Assembly (NCBI GenBank): GCA_038087875.1
Contig: CM075992.1
Coordinates: 6,512,001-6,576,000 of the forward strand
Direction: 5' to 3'
DNA from: Malacoraja senta
Taxonomy: Eukaryota
Length of the DNA stretch: 64,000 nt
This document shows positions 12,850 through 24,660 of this stretch, in pieces. Both the position numbers and the translations under genes were made by a program. The notes under the pieces were generated by a model. The model searched no databases. It saw only the letters and a list, made by a program, of their open reading frames with translations, and was not told where the DNA came from. Numbering within the stretch: the first letter of the stretch is position 1; every line of letters begins with the position of its first letter.

Positions 12850-15157
12850 TTTCCAATTCCACAGATCCGTCCCCCACCCGTGCCACTCGCGTGGCCCCCT
12901 GGCGTGGGATCCCTTCCCTTATTTTGAGGGGCGTCTCCACCATACTGTGCCCCCCAATGTCCAGCAGCGGAAGGACCCTGGACTGTGGCCCTCCCCCACC
13001 GAGCTTGGCGTTGGCTGCACCGAGCTTCAGTGCGTCCCTCAACACGGACTCCTGCAGTCTGGAGCGGGCCAGTCGGCAACATTCCCCGACGGACATCTCG
13101 CTCCGCTGGGTGGTGAACAATGCTCGGGCAGACCAAAGAGCATCTTTCACCGAGTTGATGACCCTCCAGCAGCACTCGATGTCAGTCTCTGAATGCATCC
13201 CTGGGAACATCCCGTAAATCACTGAGTCCTCTGTGACGGAGCTGTTCGGGATAAAGCGTTCCAGGGACCCTTGCATACTTCTCCAGACTCTTTTTGCAAA
13301 TCCACACTCTGCAAAGAGGTGGGCAACCGTCTCCTCTCTATATCAGCTGTCCCGAGGGCAGCGTGCGCTGGTAGTGAGGTTCCCGACGGTGCAGGAAGGA
13401 TCTGACTGGGAGGGCTTCCCTCACCGCCTGCCAAGCCAGGTCTTGGTGCTTGTTTGGTGAGTTCTGGCGATGAGGCATTTTGCAGACAAGCTGGGCAGTC
13501 TGCTCTGGGAACCACGCCACCGGATCCATCGAGTCCTTTCCTGCAGGACATTCCGTGCTGACCACTGCCCAATGGACATGTGGTCAAAGGTGTTGGTCCG
13601 GAAGAACCTTTCCACAGACGACAGATGGGGCGGCAATGTCCAGCTGACTGGCACACTGCGTGGCATCTGCGCCAGGCCCATCCTTCGCAACACCGGGGAC
13701 AGGTAGAACCTCAGCAGGTAGTGACACTTGGTGCCCACGTGCCTTGGTTCTACACTCCACCTGATGCAGCCACACACAAAGGTGGCCATCAGGGTGAGGG
13801 CGACGTTGGGCACGCTTTTACCCCCGTTGTCTGCTGACTTGTACATTGTGGCCAGTCGCACCCGGTCTATCCTCGACCCCCAGATGAACTGGAAGACGGC
13901 CCGGGTGATCCCTGTGGCGTAGGAGGGGGGGACAGGCCACACTTGCGCCAAGTACAGCAGCCCCGAGAGCACCTCACACCTGATGACCACATTTTTTTCC
14001 GGTTATGGAGAGGGAGCGTTGCTTCCACAGCTCCAGCTTCCTCCCCACCTTGACTATCCGCTCCAGCCAATTCTTGTTACACGCCTCAGCCCCCCTGAAC
14101 CAGATCCCCAGCACCTTCAAGAAGTCAGGCTTGATGGTGAAGGGGACAGAAGTTCGGTCGGGCCAGTTGCCAAAGAGCATGGCCTCGCTCTTCCTGCGGT
14201 TCACCCCGGCTCCCGTGGCCGACTCAAACTGGTCGCAGATACTAATCAGTCTGCGGACCGACCCTGGATCCGAGCAGAAGACAGCGACATCGTCCATGTA
14301 CAGGGTGGTTTTGACCTGAGTGCCCCCACTGCCTGGCAATGTCACTCCTCTTATGCTCGCATCCTTCCTGATGGACTTGGCAAAAGGTTCAATACAGCAG
14401 ACAAACAAGACAGGAGGGAGAGGGCACCCCTGCCTGACTCCAGACCTTACAGGGAAACTGTCTGATTCCCACCCATTGATTTGGACTGCACTACGGATAT
14501 TGGTGTAGAGCAGTTTGATCCAATTTCGGATTCCCTCCCCAAAACCCATTTTGGAGAGCACGTCCCTCATGTTCGTGTGCGATATCCTGTCGAAGGCCTT
14601 CTCCTGGTCCAAGCTGACTAGGCAGGCATCCACCCGTCTGTCCTGCACGTAGGCGATGGTGTCCCTCAGCAGCGCTAGGCTGTCTGAGATTTTCCTGCCA
14701 GGTACAGCACAGGTTTGGTCCGGTTGGATCACCTGTCCCAGAGCAGACTTGACCCGGTTGGCGATGCCCTTGGACAGGATCTTATAATCTACATTCAACA
14801 GTGTTATGGGTCTCCAATTCTTTATGTCCTTCATCTCCCCTTCTGCTCGTAGATTAGGGTGATGCTGCCCTTCCACATCGAGTCTGCCATGCTGCCGGCT
14901 AGAAGCATGTCGTTGTACACTTCCAGCAGGTCCGGGCCCACCCAGTCCCACAGAGCCAAATACAACTCGGCCGGTAAGCCATCGCTTCCGGGAGTTTTAC
15001 TTGAGTCAAAGGAACGGATGGAGCCAGTCAGCTCCTCTAGGGTCAGTGGTTGGTCCAGACTCTCCCGCTTGCTGTCCTCCAAGGCCTCCGTGATAGAGGA
15101 CAGGAAGTTCTGGGAGGCGGTGCTGTTTGTGGCCTTTCTGTCGTACAGCCAGCTGAT
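12850..15157 (-). pseudogene. Disrupted ORF2 reverse transcriptase of the Tx1-type element
   Basis: KNWRPITLLNVDYKILSK, SLDQEKAFDRISH, SGVRQGCP, LYMDDV; C-terminal RCPRDS*YREETVAHLFAEC zinc knuckle with an in-frame stop; several frameshifts; no APE endonuclease domain seen. Confidence 0.9.
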
Positions 15158-15357
15158 GTTTCTGCAGCCCACAGCGGGGGTATCTGTACGGTGTGAACTG
15201 GCCTGAACTTCCTTGGTGTTGGGGATATCTTGAAGGGAGGTGATGGTAAGGAAAGTTCGACTCTGGAAGCTGAACACGGTGCTGGAGCAGCCGATGCCAG
15301 AGGTCTTGGTGTTGAGCCAAACCATCTGATCCCTCCCCGTACCCAACAGGTTAGGCA

Positions 15358-15379
15358 GCATTGTGCTTAGAGAACCAGG

Positions 15380-15410
<31 letters not shown>

Positions 15411-15544
15411 TACAGAAGCTGTTTGCCGACATTGACTGGGAACAGGATGCAGCGGATTAAGGCGTCTGCGCTCTGATCGGACTACAAGGTTGTCTCTCCT
15501 TCCCCCCCCCCCCCCGCCCACGGCATTGTGCTTAGAGAACCAGG

Positions 15545-15575
<31 letters not shown>

Positions 15576-15687
15576 TACAGAAGCTGTTTGCCGACATTGA
15601 CTGGGAACAGGATGCAGCGGATTAAGGCGTCTGCGCTCTGATCGGACTACAAGGTTGTCTCTCTCCCCCCCCCCCCCCCCGCCCACG
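15358..15687. repeat. 165-bp direct tandem duplication containing (CAG)n and poly-C
   Basis: gcattgtgcttagagaaccagg begins at 15358 and again at 15523; the units are almost identical. Confidence 0.95.
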
Positions 15688-15974
15688 CCAAGTTCAGCAC
15701 GGTTTAGGGAACGCCTGGAGAAAACCTGTACACCCTGTACAGAGTCCAATTAAAAGCAAAAGGAGGGGGTGGAGATAAAGAAAAGGGAATTGCAGATGCT
15801 GGTTTAGACAATGAGTGGAGTAAGCGACAAAGGCTTATTCCTTTGCGGATGTGGGAGGAAACCGGAGCACCCGGAGAAAACCCACGCGGTCACAGGGCAC
15901 ACTCCACACAGACAGCACCTCTGGTCTCTGGTGCTGCAAGGCAGCTGCTCTACCCGCTGCACCGCTGCACCGTC

Positions 15975-16605
15975 CCATCATCCATTATGCAACCGCAAGA
16001 GATGCAACACTTGTCCCTTCACTTCCCCCCTCCACTCCATTCAAGGACCCAAGCAGTCGTTCCAGGTGCGACAGAGGTTCACCTGCATCTCCTCCAACCT
16101 CATCTATTGCATTCGCTGCTCTAGATGCCAGCTGATCTACATCGGTGAGACCAAGCGGAGGCTTGGCGATCGTTTCGCCGAACACCTCCGGTCGGTCCGC
16201 AATAACCAACCTGAACTCCCGGTGGCTCAGCACTTCAACTCCCCCTCCCATTCCGTATCTGACCTCTCTGTCCTGGGTCTCCTCCATGGCCACAGCGAGC
16301 AACACCGTAAATTGGAGGAAATGCACCTCATATTCCGCTTGGGCAGTCTACATCCTGGTGGCCTGAACGTTGAATTCTCCCAATTCTGCTAGCCCTGGCT
16401 GTCCCCTCCCCTTCAACAGCCATCTGGTTGTCTCCTCCCCTCCCCCAGCCCTCGGGCTCCTCCTCCGCCTTTTCCTTTTTTCCTCTCTTCTCCCCACCCC
16501 CTATCAGTCTGAAGAAGGGTTTCGGCCCGAAACGTTACCTATTTCCTTCGCTCCATAGATGCTGCTGCACCCGCTGAGTTTCTCCAGCATTTTTGTGTAC
16601 CATCC
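15975..16605 (+). mobile_element. Penelope-like element 3' part: GIY-YIG endonuclease remnant plus terminal repeat
   Basis: CNRKRCNTCP...FTCISSNLIYCIRCSRCQLIYIGETKRRLGDRFAEH...GLN, stop at 16392; hammerhead core at 16509-16536. Confidence 0.92.
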
Positions 16606-17019
16606 ATTTTGATAGATATGCTTCTAATTTTGAAGAGAGAGAGAGTTCCCAGGTTAATTCCCGGGATGACGGGACTGACATAAAATGAAAGACTGGGATT
16701 ATATTCACTGGAATTTAAAAGGTGATCTTTTCAAAAACATATACAATTCTTCTTAAGGGATGTTTTCAAGAGGAAGTTAGATTTTGCTCTTAGGGCTAAA
16801 GGAATCAAGGGATATGATGAAAAAGCAGGAACGGGCACTGATTTTGGATGACTAGCCATGATCGTATTGAATGGCGGTGCTGGCTCCAAGGGCTGAATAG
16901 CCTACTCTTGCATCTAGTTTCTATGACTTCTAGAAGAGGCTGGCAGTTTGTTTCCTTGGGAGTGTGATACGTTGCCACCTTGGAACCTGTTAAGTCTCAT
17001 CATCCATTTTTTAAAGTTG

Positions 17020-17530
17020 GTTTAGTTGGGTTTATTGCCATGTGTACAGAGTTAATGTGAAACGTTTCTGCTGCGTGCTAACCAATCGGCGGAAACACTA
17101 CACATAATTACAATCAAGGCATTGACAGAGTACAGATACATGACGGAGGGAATAGTGTGAATAACATTTAGTGCAAGATAAAGTCCAATCAAAGATAGTC
17201 CACAGATCTCCAATGAGGTAGATAGTAGGTCAGGACCGCTCTCTAGTTGTTGGTAGGATGGTTCAGTTTCCTGATCACATCTGGGAAGAAAACTGTCCCT
17301 GAATCTGGAGGTGTGTGTGTTTTCACACTTCTGTACCTCTTGCCTGATGGGAGAGGGGAGAAGAGGGAGTGACCAGGGTGAGACTGGTCCTTGATGATGC
17401 TGCTGGCCTTGCCGGGGCAGCGTGAGGTGTAGATGGAGTCAATGGAAGGGAGGTTGGTTTGTGTGATGGTCTGGGCTGCGTTCTCAATTCTCCGCCATTT
17501 CTTGCTGGTCTTGGATGGAGGGGGTTCCCA
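17020..17530 (-). mobile_element. Rex1/Babar-type LINE 3' fragment
   Basis: ORF 17243-17599 (AAQTITQTNLPSIDSIYTSRC...SGKRYRS). Confidence 0.8.
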
Positions 17531-19534
17531 AACCATGGCTGAGATCCATAGCACAGAAATGAATGCAGTGGCAACTACTTTCCCGGAAAATCGGATCACA
17601 ATTCGGCATCAGGACAGGAGAAATATCTCAGTAACTGAGTGTCCATGGATGGAAGACATACATCTTAGTTTTGTATATTGTCACGTGTACCGAGGTACAG
17701 TGAAAAGCTTTTGTTGCGTGCTATCCAGTCAGCGGAAAGACAACACATGATTACAATTGAGCCAGTGTACATGATGAAGGGAATAACGTTTAGTGCAAGA
17801 TAAAGCCAGCAAAGTCCAATCAAGGATAGTCCGAGATCTTGGAAGCAAGTGGACCAGGAACCTGGAGAAGGAGATGTTAAAGATGATAGAAGATCATCCA
17901 TGAATGGCCTCCTCCGCTTCCTAGTTGCTGCTCCCATACCTCAGGGCATAAGGCTACACAACCTAGAATGAGTCTCCTCATGGGTGAAAGTGGACGTTTG
18001 CGAATGTCATTGTTTCAGCACCAGGCAAGAAATATTCAACACAGATACCAGAAACCGCAGGCGCTGGAATACCAATCAGACCGCAAAAGTGCTGGAGGAA
18101 CTCAAGGGGTCAGGCAGCATCTGTTGGGGGAACAAACAGACAATGCTCTGGGTCGGGTCCCTTCTTCAGACTGCTGGAAAGGTCTGAAAAAGGGACCGGA
18201 AATCCCCTCGCCAGACTGGCATATACACTGGAAGGAACAACGTACAACCCATGGTCCCGCTGGGCCGTAGGGGCCTGTTTCCGCGCTGTATCTCTAAACT
18301 AAACCATATGTGACAGGCACAAAATGCTGGAGTAACTCTGATCAGACGTTCAGGTGCCGTTTTGGGTTGGATCCCTTCTTCGGACCTTCCGACCCAAAAC
18401 GGCACCTTCTCCTTCTCCTTCTCTCCAGAGTTAATGCCTGACCCGCTGAGTTACTCCTGCATTTTGTGCCTATCTTTGGTATAAACCAGCATCTGCAGTT
18501 CTTTCCTACATACGTCATACATGATTGAAACATCACTTACGCCCACAATGTGAAGAATAATCAAAGTAACGCTCCTGTGCACAATAACGTACACTTACAT
18601 TGGATCTCTCTCACCCCGGGCATTCTCTTGTCTCCCCTCTACCATCGGGAAGATGATATTAAAAATACATACCACCAGATTCAGAAACTGCTTCAACCCT
18701 ACTGTTATCTGACCGCCGAACAGTCCTCTCATAAACCAGAGTGTAGTCCCGATCTTCCAACCTACCTCATTGTGGACACTGGACTTTTTCCATGTAACTG
18801 CAATGCTTCAATGCTGAGTATATTCTGTGCTCTGGCATTTTTGTCTTTACATAGAAACATGGATCTGTTACACTATCTGTTGTCCTAGTGTGTAGCTTGA
18901 TAGCACTCAAGCATGGTTTGTTTTTATTTGACTGGATGGCATGCAAACAGAAGCTTTCCACGACATCCCATTGCATCCTACAATCATATAAATACCATGC
19001 AAATCGTCATTCGTTTTGGGAAGGTAACAATAAACAGAGAACATGGACATTGTTCCGTAGAGCAGAGATTTAATAGGGACCAGAGGGGTTTCTTTTATTT
19101 TATACAATGGAACGAGCTGCCGGAGGAAGTAGTTGAGGCAGGTACTATCACAATGTGTAAGACGCACTTAGACAGTTACATGGATAGGAATTGGCTGAGA
19201 GGGATATGGGCCAAACTCCAGGAGGGTGGGACTAGTGTAGATGGGACATGTCGGTCGGCGTGGGCAAGTTGGACAAAGAGGCCGGTCTCCATGCTGTACG
19301 ACTCTACGCCAGACTCGGCAACAATGCATGCATGCATGGGCTCGTGAGGAGATAGACACTGTCAACGCTGCATGTTTGCAAACTTCTGCAGCATTCTCCC
19401 CGTGCAGTCATGGGAGAACGTGTTCTACTGCCCAACTGACAGATCTGTCAACACTAACAATGACACCTCAATCCTTAGACTTCTGCCTTACTCCAGGAAT
19501 CAAACTCAATACAAACAAACAAATGAAGAGGAGT

Positions 19535-20745
19535 TTACTGTGAATATTGTGTGCAGTTTTGGTCTACTAATTTGAGGAAGGACATTCTTGCCATTGAGGG
19601 AGTGTAGCATAGGTTCACCAGTAGGGTTGCCAACTGTCCCGTATTAGCCAGGACATCCCGTATAGTTAGGCTAAATTGGTTTTGTCCCATACGGGACCGC
19701 CCTTGTCCCGTAATTGATTGCTACTACTCGGGTCGAGGGGACTATTGGGTCTTCTTCTTGCATATGGCGTGCACAGCCTAAAGTTGTTCTATTTGATCTT
19801 ATATGATTGTGCACGCCGGGTTGATTGCATTCGTTGAAACAGGGTGGACCATGTGAAGGTTTGCAATCTCCCACCCCCACTATCGGGTCGAATCGCCGCG
19901 TCCGGCCCCGCCTCACCCGTCCCCGACATAGTGCAGCCCGTGGGGTGCAGCAGCAGCGCCTCGCCCGTGGCCCCGTCGGTCGGCAGCCCGGCCAGCTGTC
20001 CGATGTTCGGACCTCCGCTTACCGCCGACACCACCACCACCCCTCCTTCTCATGGCCGATCATCGGTTCATGAGTTGGATGGGGGTGCCGGACTTTGCGC
20101 CCGGGCCAAAACTCCTCAGCTGGCCCGCCGGCTGGGCTTTGTGTGCAGTCCAGCACCCGGGGCCAACTCATCATTCACCCAGCCACGGCCGTCGGGAATT
20201 TGTCCTTATTTTGACCTTTTGCCCCTTATTTGGGAGCGAGAAAGTTGGCAACCCTATTCACCAGGTTGATTCCCGGGATGGCAGGACTGACATATGATGA
20301 ATGAATGGATCGACTGGGCTGATATTCGACTGGAATTTAGAAGTATGAGAGAGGATCTTATAAAAACATATAACATTCTTAAGGGATTGGACAGGGTAGA
20401 TGCAGGAAAAATGTTCCCAAAGTTGGGGGAGTCCAGAACCAGGAGTCACAGTGTAAGAATAAGGGGTGGGCCATTTAGGACTGAGATGAGGAAAAACTTT
20501 TTCAGCCAGAGAGTTGTGAATCTGTGGAATTCTCTGCCACAGAAGGCAGTGGAGGCCGATTCACTGGATGTATTCAAGAGAGAGTTACATTTAGATCTTC
20601 ATGCTAAAGGAATCAAGGGAGATGGGGAAAAAGCAGGAACGGGGGTACTGATTTTGGATGATCAGCCAAGATCATATTGAATGGCGGGTACTGGCTCGAA
20701 GGGCTGAATGGCCTACTCCTGCACCCATTTTCTATGTTTCTATGA
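19535..20745 (+). mobile_element. CR1 LINE 3' fragment interrupted by a hAT MITE
   Basis: EYCVQFWS...NLRKDILAIEGV then, after the insert, RLIPGMAGL...; ORF 20294-20680. Confidence 0.88.
19622..20256. mobile_element. Non-autonomous hAT element (Blackjack-like ends)
   Basis: TIR TAGGGTTGCCAACT ... AGTTGGCAACCCTA with exact 8-bp TSD TTCACCAG (19614-19621, 20257-20264). Confidence 0.93.
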
Positions 20746-20869
20746 ATGAGACAAGTTGGATCAGAGGTCATGGGTGATAATCTCAGCCTTCGCAGGCATC
20801 AGCTCGGTCATGGAGACTCCCTGAGGTGGTGCATTGGAGCAAGTGGAAAGGCCACCTGGCTCTGGACCC

Positions 20870-21203
20870 CCCGATGTTGGTGGAGTCCAGAACCAGGGGC
20901 CACAGTTTAAGAATAAGGGGCAAGCCATTTAGAACAGAGATGAGGAAACACTTATTCACACAGAGAGCTGTGAGTCTGTGGAATTCTCTGCCTCAGAGGG
21001 CGGTGGAGGCCAGTTCTCTGGATACTTTCAAGAGAGAGCTAGATAGGGCTCTTAAAGATAGCGGAGTCAGGGGACATGGGGAGAAGGCAGGAACGGAGGT
21101 ACTGATTGGGGATGATCAGCCATGATCACATTGAATGGCGGTGCTGGCTCGAAAGGGCCAAATGGCCTTCTCCTGCACCTATTGTCTATTGTCTATTGTC
21201 TAT
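20870..21203 (+). mobile_element. CR1 LINE 3' fragment
   Basis: [22 protein letters not shown]; (CTATTGT)n tail. Confidence 0.85.
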
Positions 21204-22185
21204 AAACTGGATCACCAGGAGGATACCCACATGGTCACTGGAAGGATGTGCAAACTCCGCACAGACAGCACGGAATGGTGGTGCTGGCTCGAAGGGCACC
21301 TACTGCACCTATTGTCTATTGAGTTGCTGTTCATATTGATTTATTAAAATTGGTGTGCAGCAGGAGACCAGGTTTAGTTCAGTTTAGAGAAACAGCGCAG
21401 AAACAGGCCCTTCGGCCCAGCGAGAACACACCCACCAGCGATCCTAAACATGTTGGAATGTCAGCGAACCGATTCCAACCCATGTTCAGACTTGTCTGTG
21501 CATCATGCGTGTTCTTGTGTCTTGGCTGGTGGAAGGATTAGCTGTGCTGGGAGATGTGCCGAGATGAGTTTGGAGTTGACACGCACCAACAACAGGGTCT
21601 CACTCAGAGGGTCCATTTATGAGGCGAGGAGGGTAATAGACCAACATAGATTGATTCATTGAAAGATGCAGCATGGAAACAGGAGCCTCAGCCCACGCCG
21701 ACCATCGACCACCTGTCCATGCACCACTTCTATGTTATCCCACTTTCTCATCCACTCCCTACACACCAGAGGGCGATTTACAGAGGGGCCAATTAACCTA
21801 CAAACCCGCACGTCTTTGGGATGTGGGAGGAAACCGGAGCACCCGCATGCCATCACATGGAGAGCGTGCAAACTCCACACAGACAGCACTCGAGGTGCAG
21901 GGAATAGAGGGATTAGGGATCACGTGCAGGCAGGCAGATGAGTTCTTGGCATCATGTGCGGCTCGGACATTGTGGGCCGAAGGGCCTGCTCCTGTTCTGT
22001 ACTGTTCGAGGTAGCTTGGAGTCACGGCTCACCCGTGGTGCCGAGCGGCAGAGGCCATGCCGAGATGCCACACGTATGGTGTGCGCCCAGACGGTTTGGT
22101 GGTCGGCGGGACCTTGCCCGCAGTCTCGTCGCTCGGTGGGACCGGGAGGGAGCTGGCGACGTCGGGCGCCAGGAGCGTGCCGGCA

Positions 22186-22710
22186 GGAGGAAGGACATCC
22201 TTGTGATTGAGGCAGTGCAGCGTAGGTTCACGAGATTGATCCCTGGGATGGCGGGACTGTCATATGAGGAAAAGTTGAAAAGACTAGGCTTGTATTCACT
22301 GGTGTTTAGAAGGATGAGGGGGCATCTTATAGAAACATATAACATTATAAAAGGACTGGACAAGCTAGATGCAGGCAAAATGTTCCCAATGTTGGGCGAG
22401 TCCAGAACCAGGGGCCATCTCTTAGATTAAAGGGGAGGCCATTTAAGACTGAGGTGAGAAAAAACGTTTTCACCCAGAGAGTTGTGAATTTGTGGAATTC
22501 CCTGCCACAGAGGGCAGTGGAGGCCAAATCACTGGATGAATTTAAGAGAGAGTTAGATAGAGCTCTAGGGGCTAGTGGAATCAAGGGATATGGGGAGAAG
22601 GCAGGCACGGGTTATTGATTGGGGACCATCAGCCATGATCGCAATGAATGGCGGTGCTGGCTCGAAGGGCCGAATGGCCTCCTCCTGCACCTATTTTCTA
22701 TGTTTCTATG
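22186..22710 (+). mobile_element. CR1 LINE 3' fragment
   Basis: [28 protein letters not shown]...; same subfamily as 9258 and 26540. Confidence 0.88.
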
Positions 22711-23299
22711 AGAGTTAGACGGGAGGAGGGGGGGAGGGGGTAAAGCCTCCAGCGCCTTCAAGGTCAGCTGCAGGAGGCACCCCTGGGACACAAAGATGGC
22801 CGAGCGAGGAGGAGAGGAGAGGGATGTCGTGCGCGCGGGCCGACTGGATTTTGGCCTTTGAATAATGGCAGCAAAAAATGGTGACGCCCGCACGTGTAAA
22901 CGTGCAACCAGACCTTGACTGTGACAAATAAAGCTCCATTGAACTAGATAGTGGGTCCATTTTCCGACTCTTGAATTTACAAGCGACAGAAAGTGTCACG
23001 TTTCCAAACGTTAAACGACCACGGAGGAAAAGCCCTCGATTCTTTTTTCTTCTCCTGGTTTCTTCTAACCTGAAATCGACAGAAGTTTGCAAGTACTTGC
23101 ACTCCCCACCCAACTGCAATTAGCCTCTGTGACGGCAAGATATCTTGCAACAAGCTGCGACTAAGCAACTCCTCAGTCCCGCCTCACTACACATTGCGTG
23201 CACTGTCAATGCATGAAATACATTGCTTTGTGTAGCGCTGGAGAGAGTTCATGCCGGATGGAGTAAAGTCAAAGATACAATTCATCATTTCATGGTGAT

Positions 23300-23775
23300 A
23301 TCCAGACTGTGCCTGGAGACCAAGTATTGGAACCTCTACTCCTCTTCCCAAATCACCCTCCATTGTCAGAGTGAAGCCCAACCCAAATTGGAAGAACATT
23401 TTGCATGGGCATCTCACAATGACTCCAACTTCCAGTAACCCCTGCATCCCCCCTCTATCTCTCTTCATCCCTAGTCATTGTACTAGTTCCAATGTCATCC
23501 TGGTGGATTTCATTGTCTATACACCTCGCCCACAGCTAACAATGGCCTGTTTCCTTTATCATTCGTTACTTTTTTGCATATCTTTCATTCATTTGTTTTA
23601 TATCTCTCCATTCAATCTTCTGTAACTGTCGTTTTCCTTTCCCCCGACTATCAGTCTGAAGAGTCTCGACTCACCCATTCCTTCTCTCCAGAGATGCTGC
23701 CTGACCCGCTGAGTGACTCCAGCATTTTGTGTCTATCTTTGGTTTAAACCAGCATCTGCAGTTCCCTCCTACACC
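23300..23775 (+). mobile_element. Degraded Penelope 3' fragment
   Basis: LHCQSEAQ-KLEEH remnant followed by the terminal-repeat sequence. Confidence 0.7.
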
Positions 23776-23809
23776 AAGTTTTAATAACTGGGTATTAAAT
23801 TTCATTTTG

Positions 23810-24040
23810 CATTTCAGCAACAAGTTACATTCTACAGGTCTTTTTAATTTCGCAAAAACATCCCAAGGCGTTTTTTGGCAGAGCTGATATCAAACATAAC
23901 CTGACACCAAGCTACTTCAAACAAGGTGACGAAATGCTAAGTCAAAGGCAGGTTTCAAGAAATATCTCAAAGAGACAAAAAGTTAGAGAGCGAGAGAGAT
24001 AGGGAGGTTTAGGAAGGGAATTCCATATCTCAGGAGACTA
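23810..24040 (-). mobile_element. Old L2-like LINE 3' remnant
   Basis: catcccaaggcg...ggtttaggaagggaattcca pattern resembling vertebrate L2 3' ends; heavily decayed. Confidence 0.45.
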
Positions 24041-24361
24041 ATACCTGTTGAAATGTAAAGCACTTCTATGCAAATCTTTTTATGATTGCACCTGGCCTTG
24101 TGTAGGTTTATTGCTGTCACATGTACCAAGATACAGTGAAAAATTCTGTCTTGCACGCTATCTAGGCAAATTATACCATACGTCAGGTAGTGCCAATGAG
24201 AACATAGACACGATGGCAGAATACAGTGATGCAGCTACAAAGAAAGTGCAGGGGAAAAAAGTACAAGTGCCGCGATGAGGTAGATTGGAAGATCGGAATA
24301 CTCGTATCAGGGAGCAGGAAATCGCCACGTGCAGACGGTCGTGTTGATTAGGAGGCAGACC

Positions 24362-24660
24362 CTTTAGTTCAAAGATACAATGTGGAAACAGGCCCTTCGG
24401 CCCACCTAGTCCATGCCGACCAACGATCACCTTTACAGTAGGTCTATGTTATCCCAGTTCAGGGGCACTGGGGCTGAAGCCAATTAACCTACAAGCGTAC
24501 ATGTCCTTTGAATGTGGGAGGAAACCGGAGCACCTGGGGAAAACCCACGTGGTTACAGGGAGAACGTACGAACTCCGTACAGACAGCACCCATAGTTATG
24601 AAGGAACCTGGGTCTCTGGCGCTGTAAGGCAGCAACTCTATCCCTGCGCCACCGTGCCGC
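24362..24660 (-). mobile_element. HE1-type V-SINE
   Basis: tRNA-like head at ~24600-24660 and CR1-like tail. Confidence 0.8.

Larger units (their letters stand above)
12724..15750 (-). mobile_element. Tx1-type (L1 group) non-LTR retrotransposon, internally deleted and frameshifted
   Basis: Poly(A) tail and AATAAA at 12724-12753 (minus strand), ORF2 remnant, short ORF1-like head at ~15160-15350, duplicated 5' unit. The 5' boundary is approximate and no TSD was found. Confidence 0.85.

Noticed and set aside
13974..14951. 325-aa RT ORF as an active gene or a retron-like system
   Set aside because: Frameshifted fragment of a non-LTR ORF2 with stops downstream and no endonuclease domain.
15811..16392. 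193-aa ORF as a novel SINE-nuclease fusion gene
   Set aside because: Chance open frame across an antisense SINE piece and a truncated Penelope GIY-YIG fragment; no promoter or splice support.
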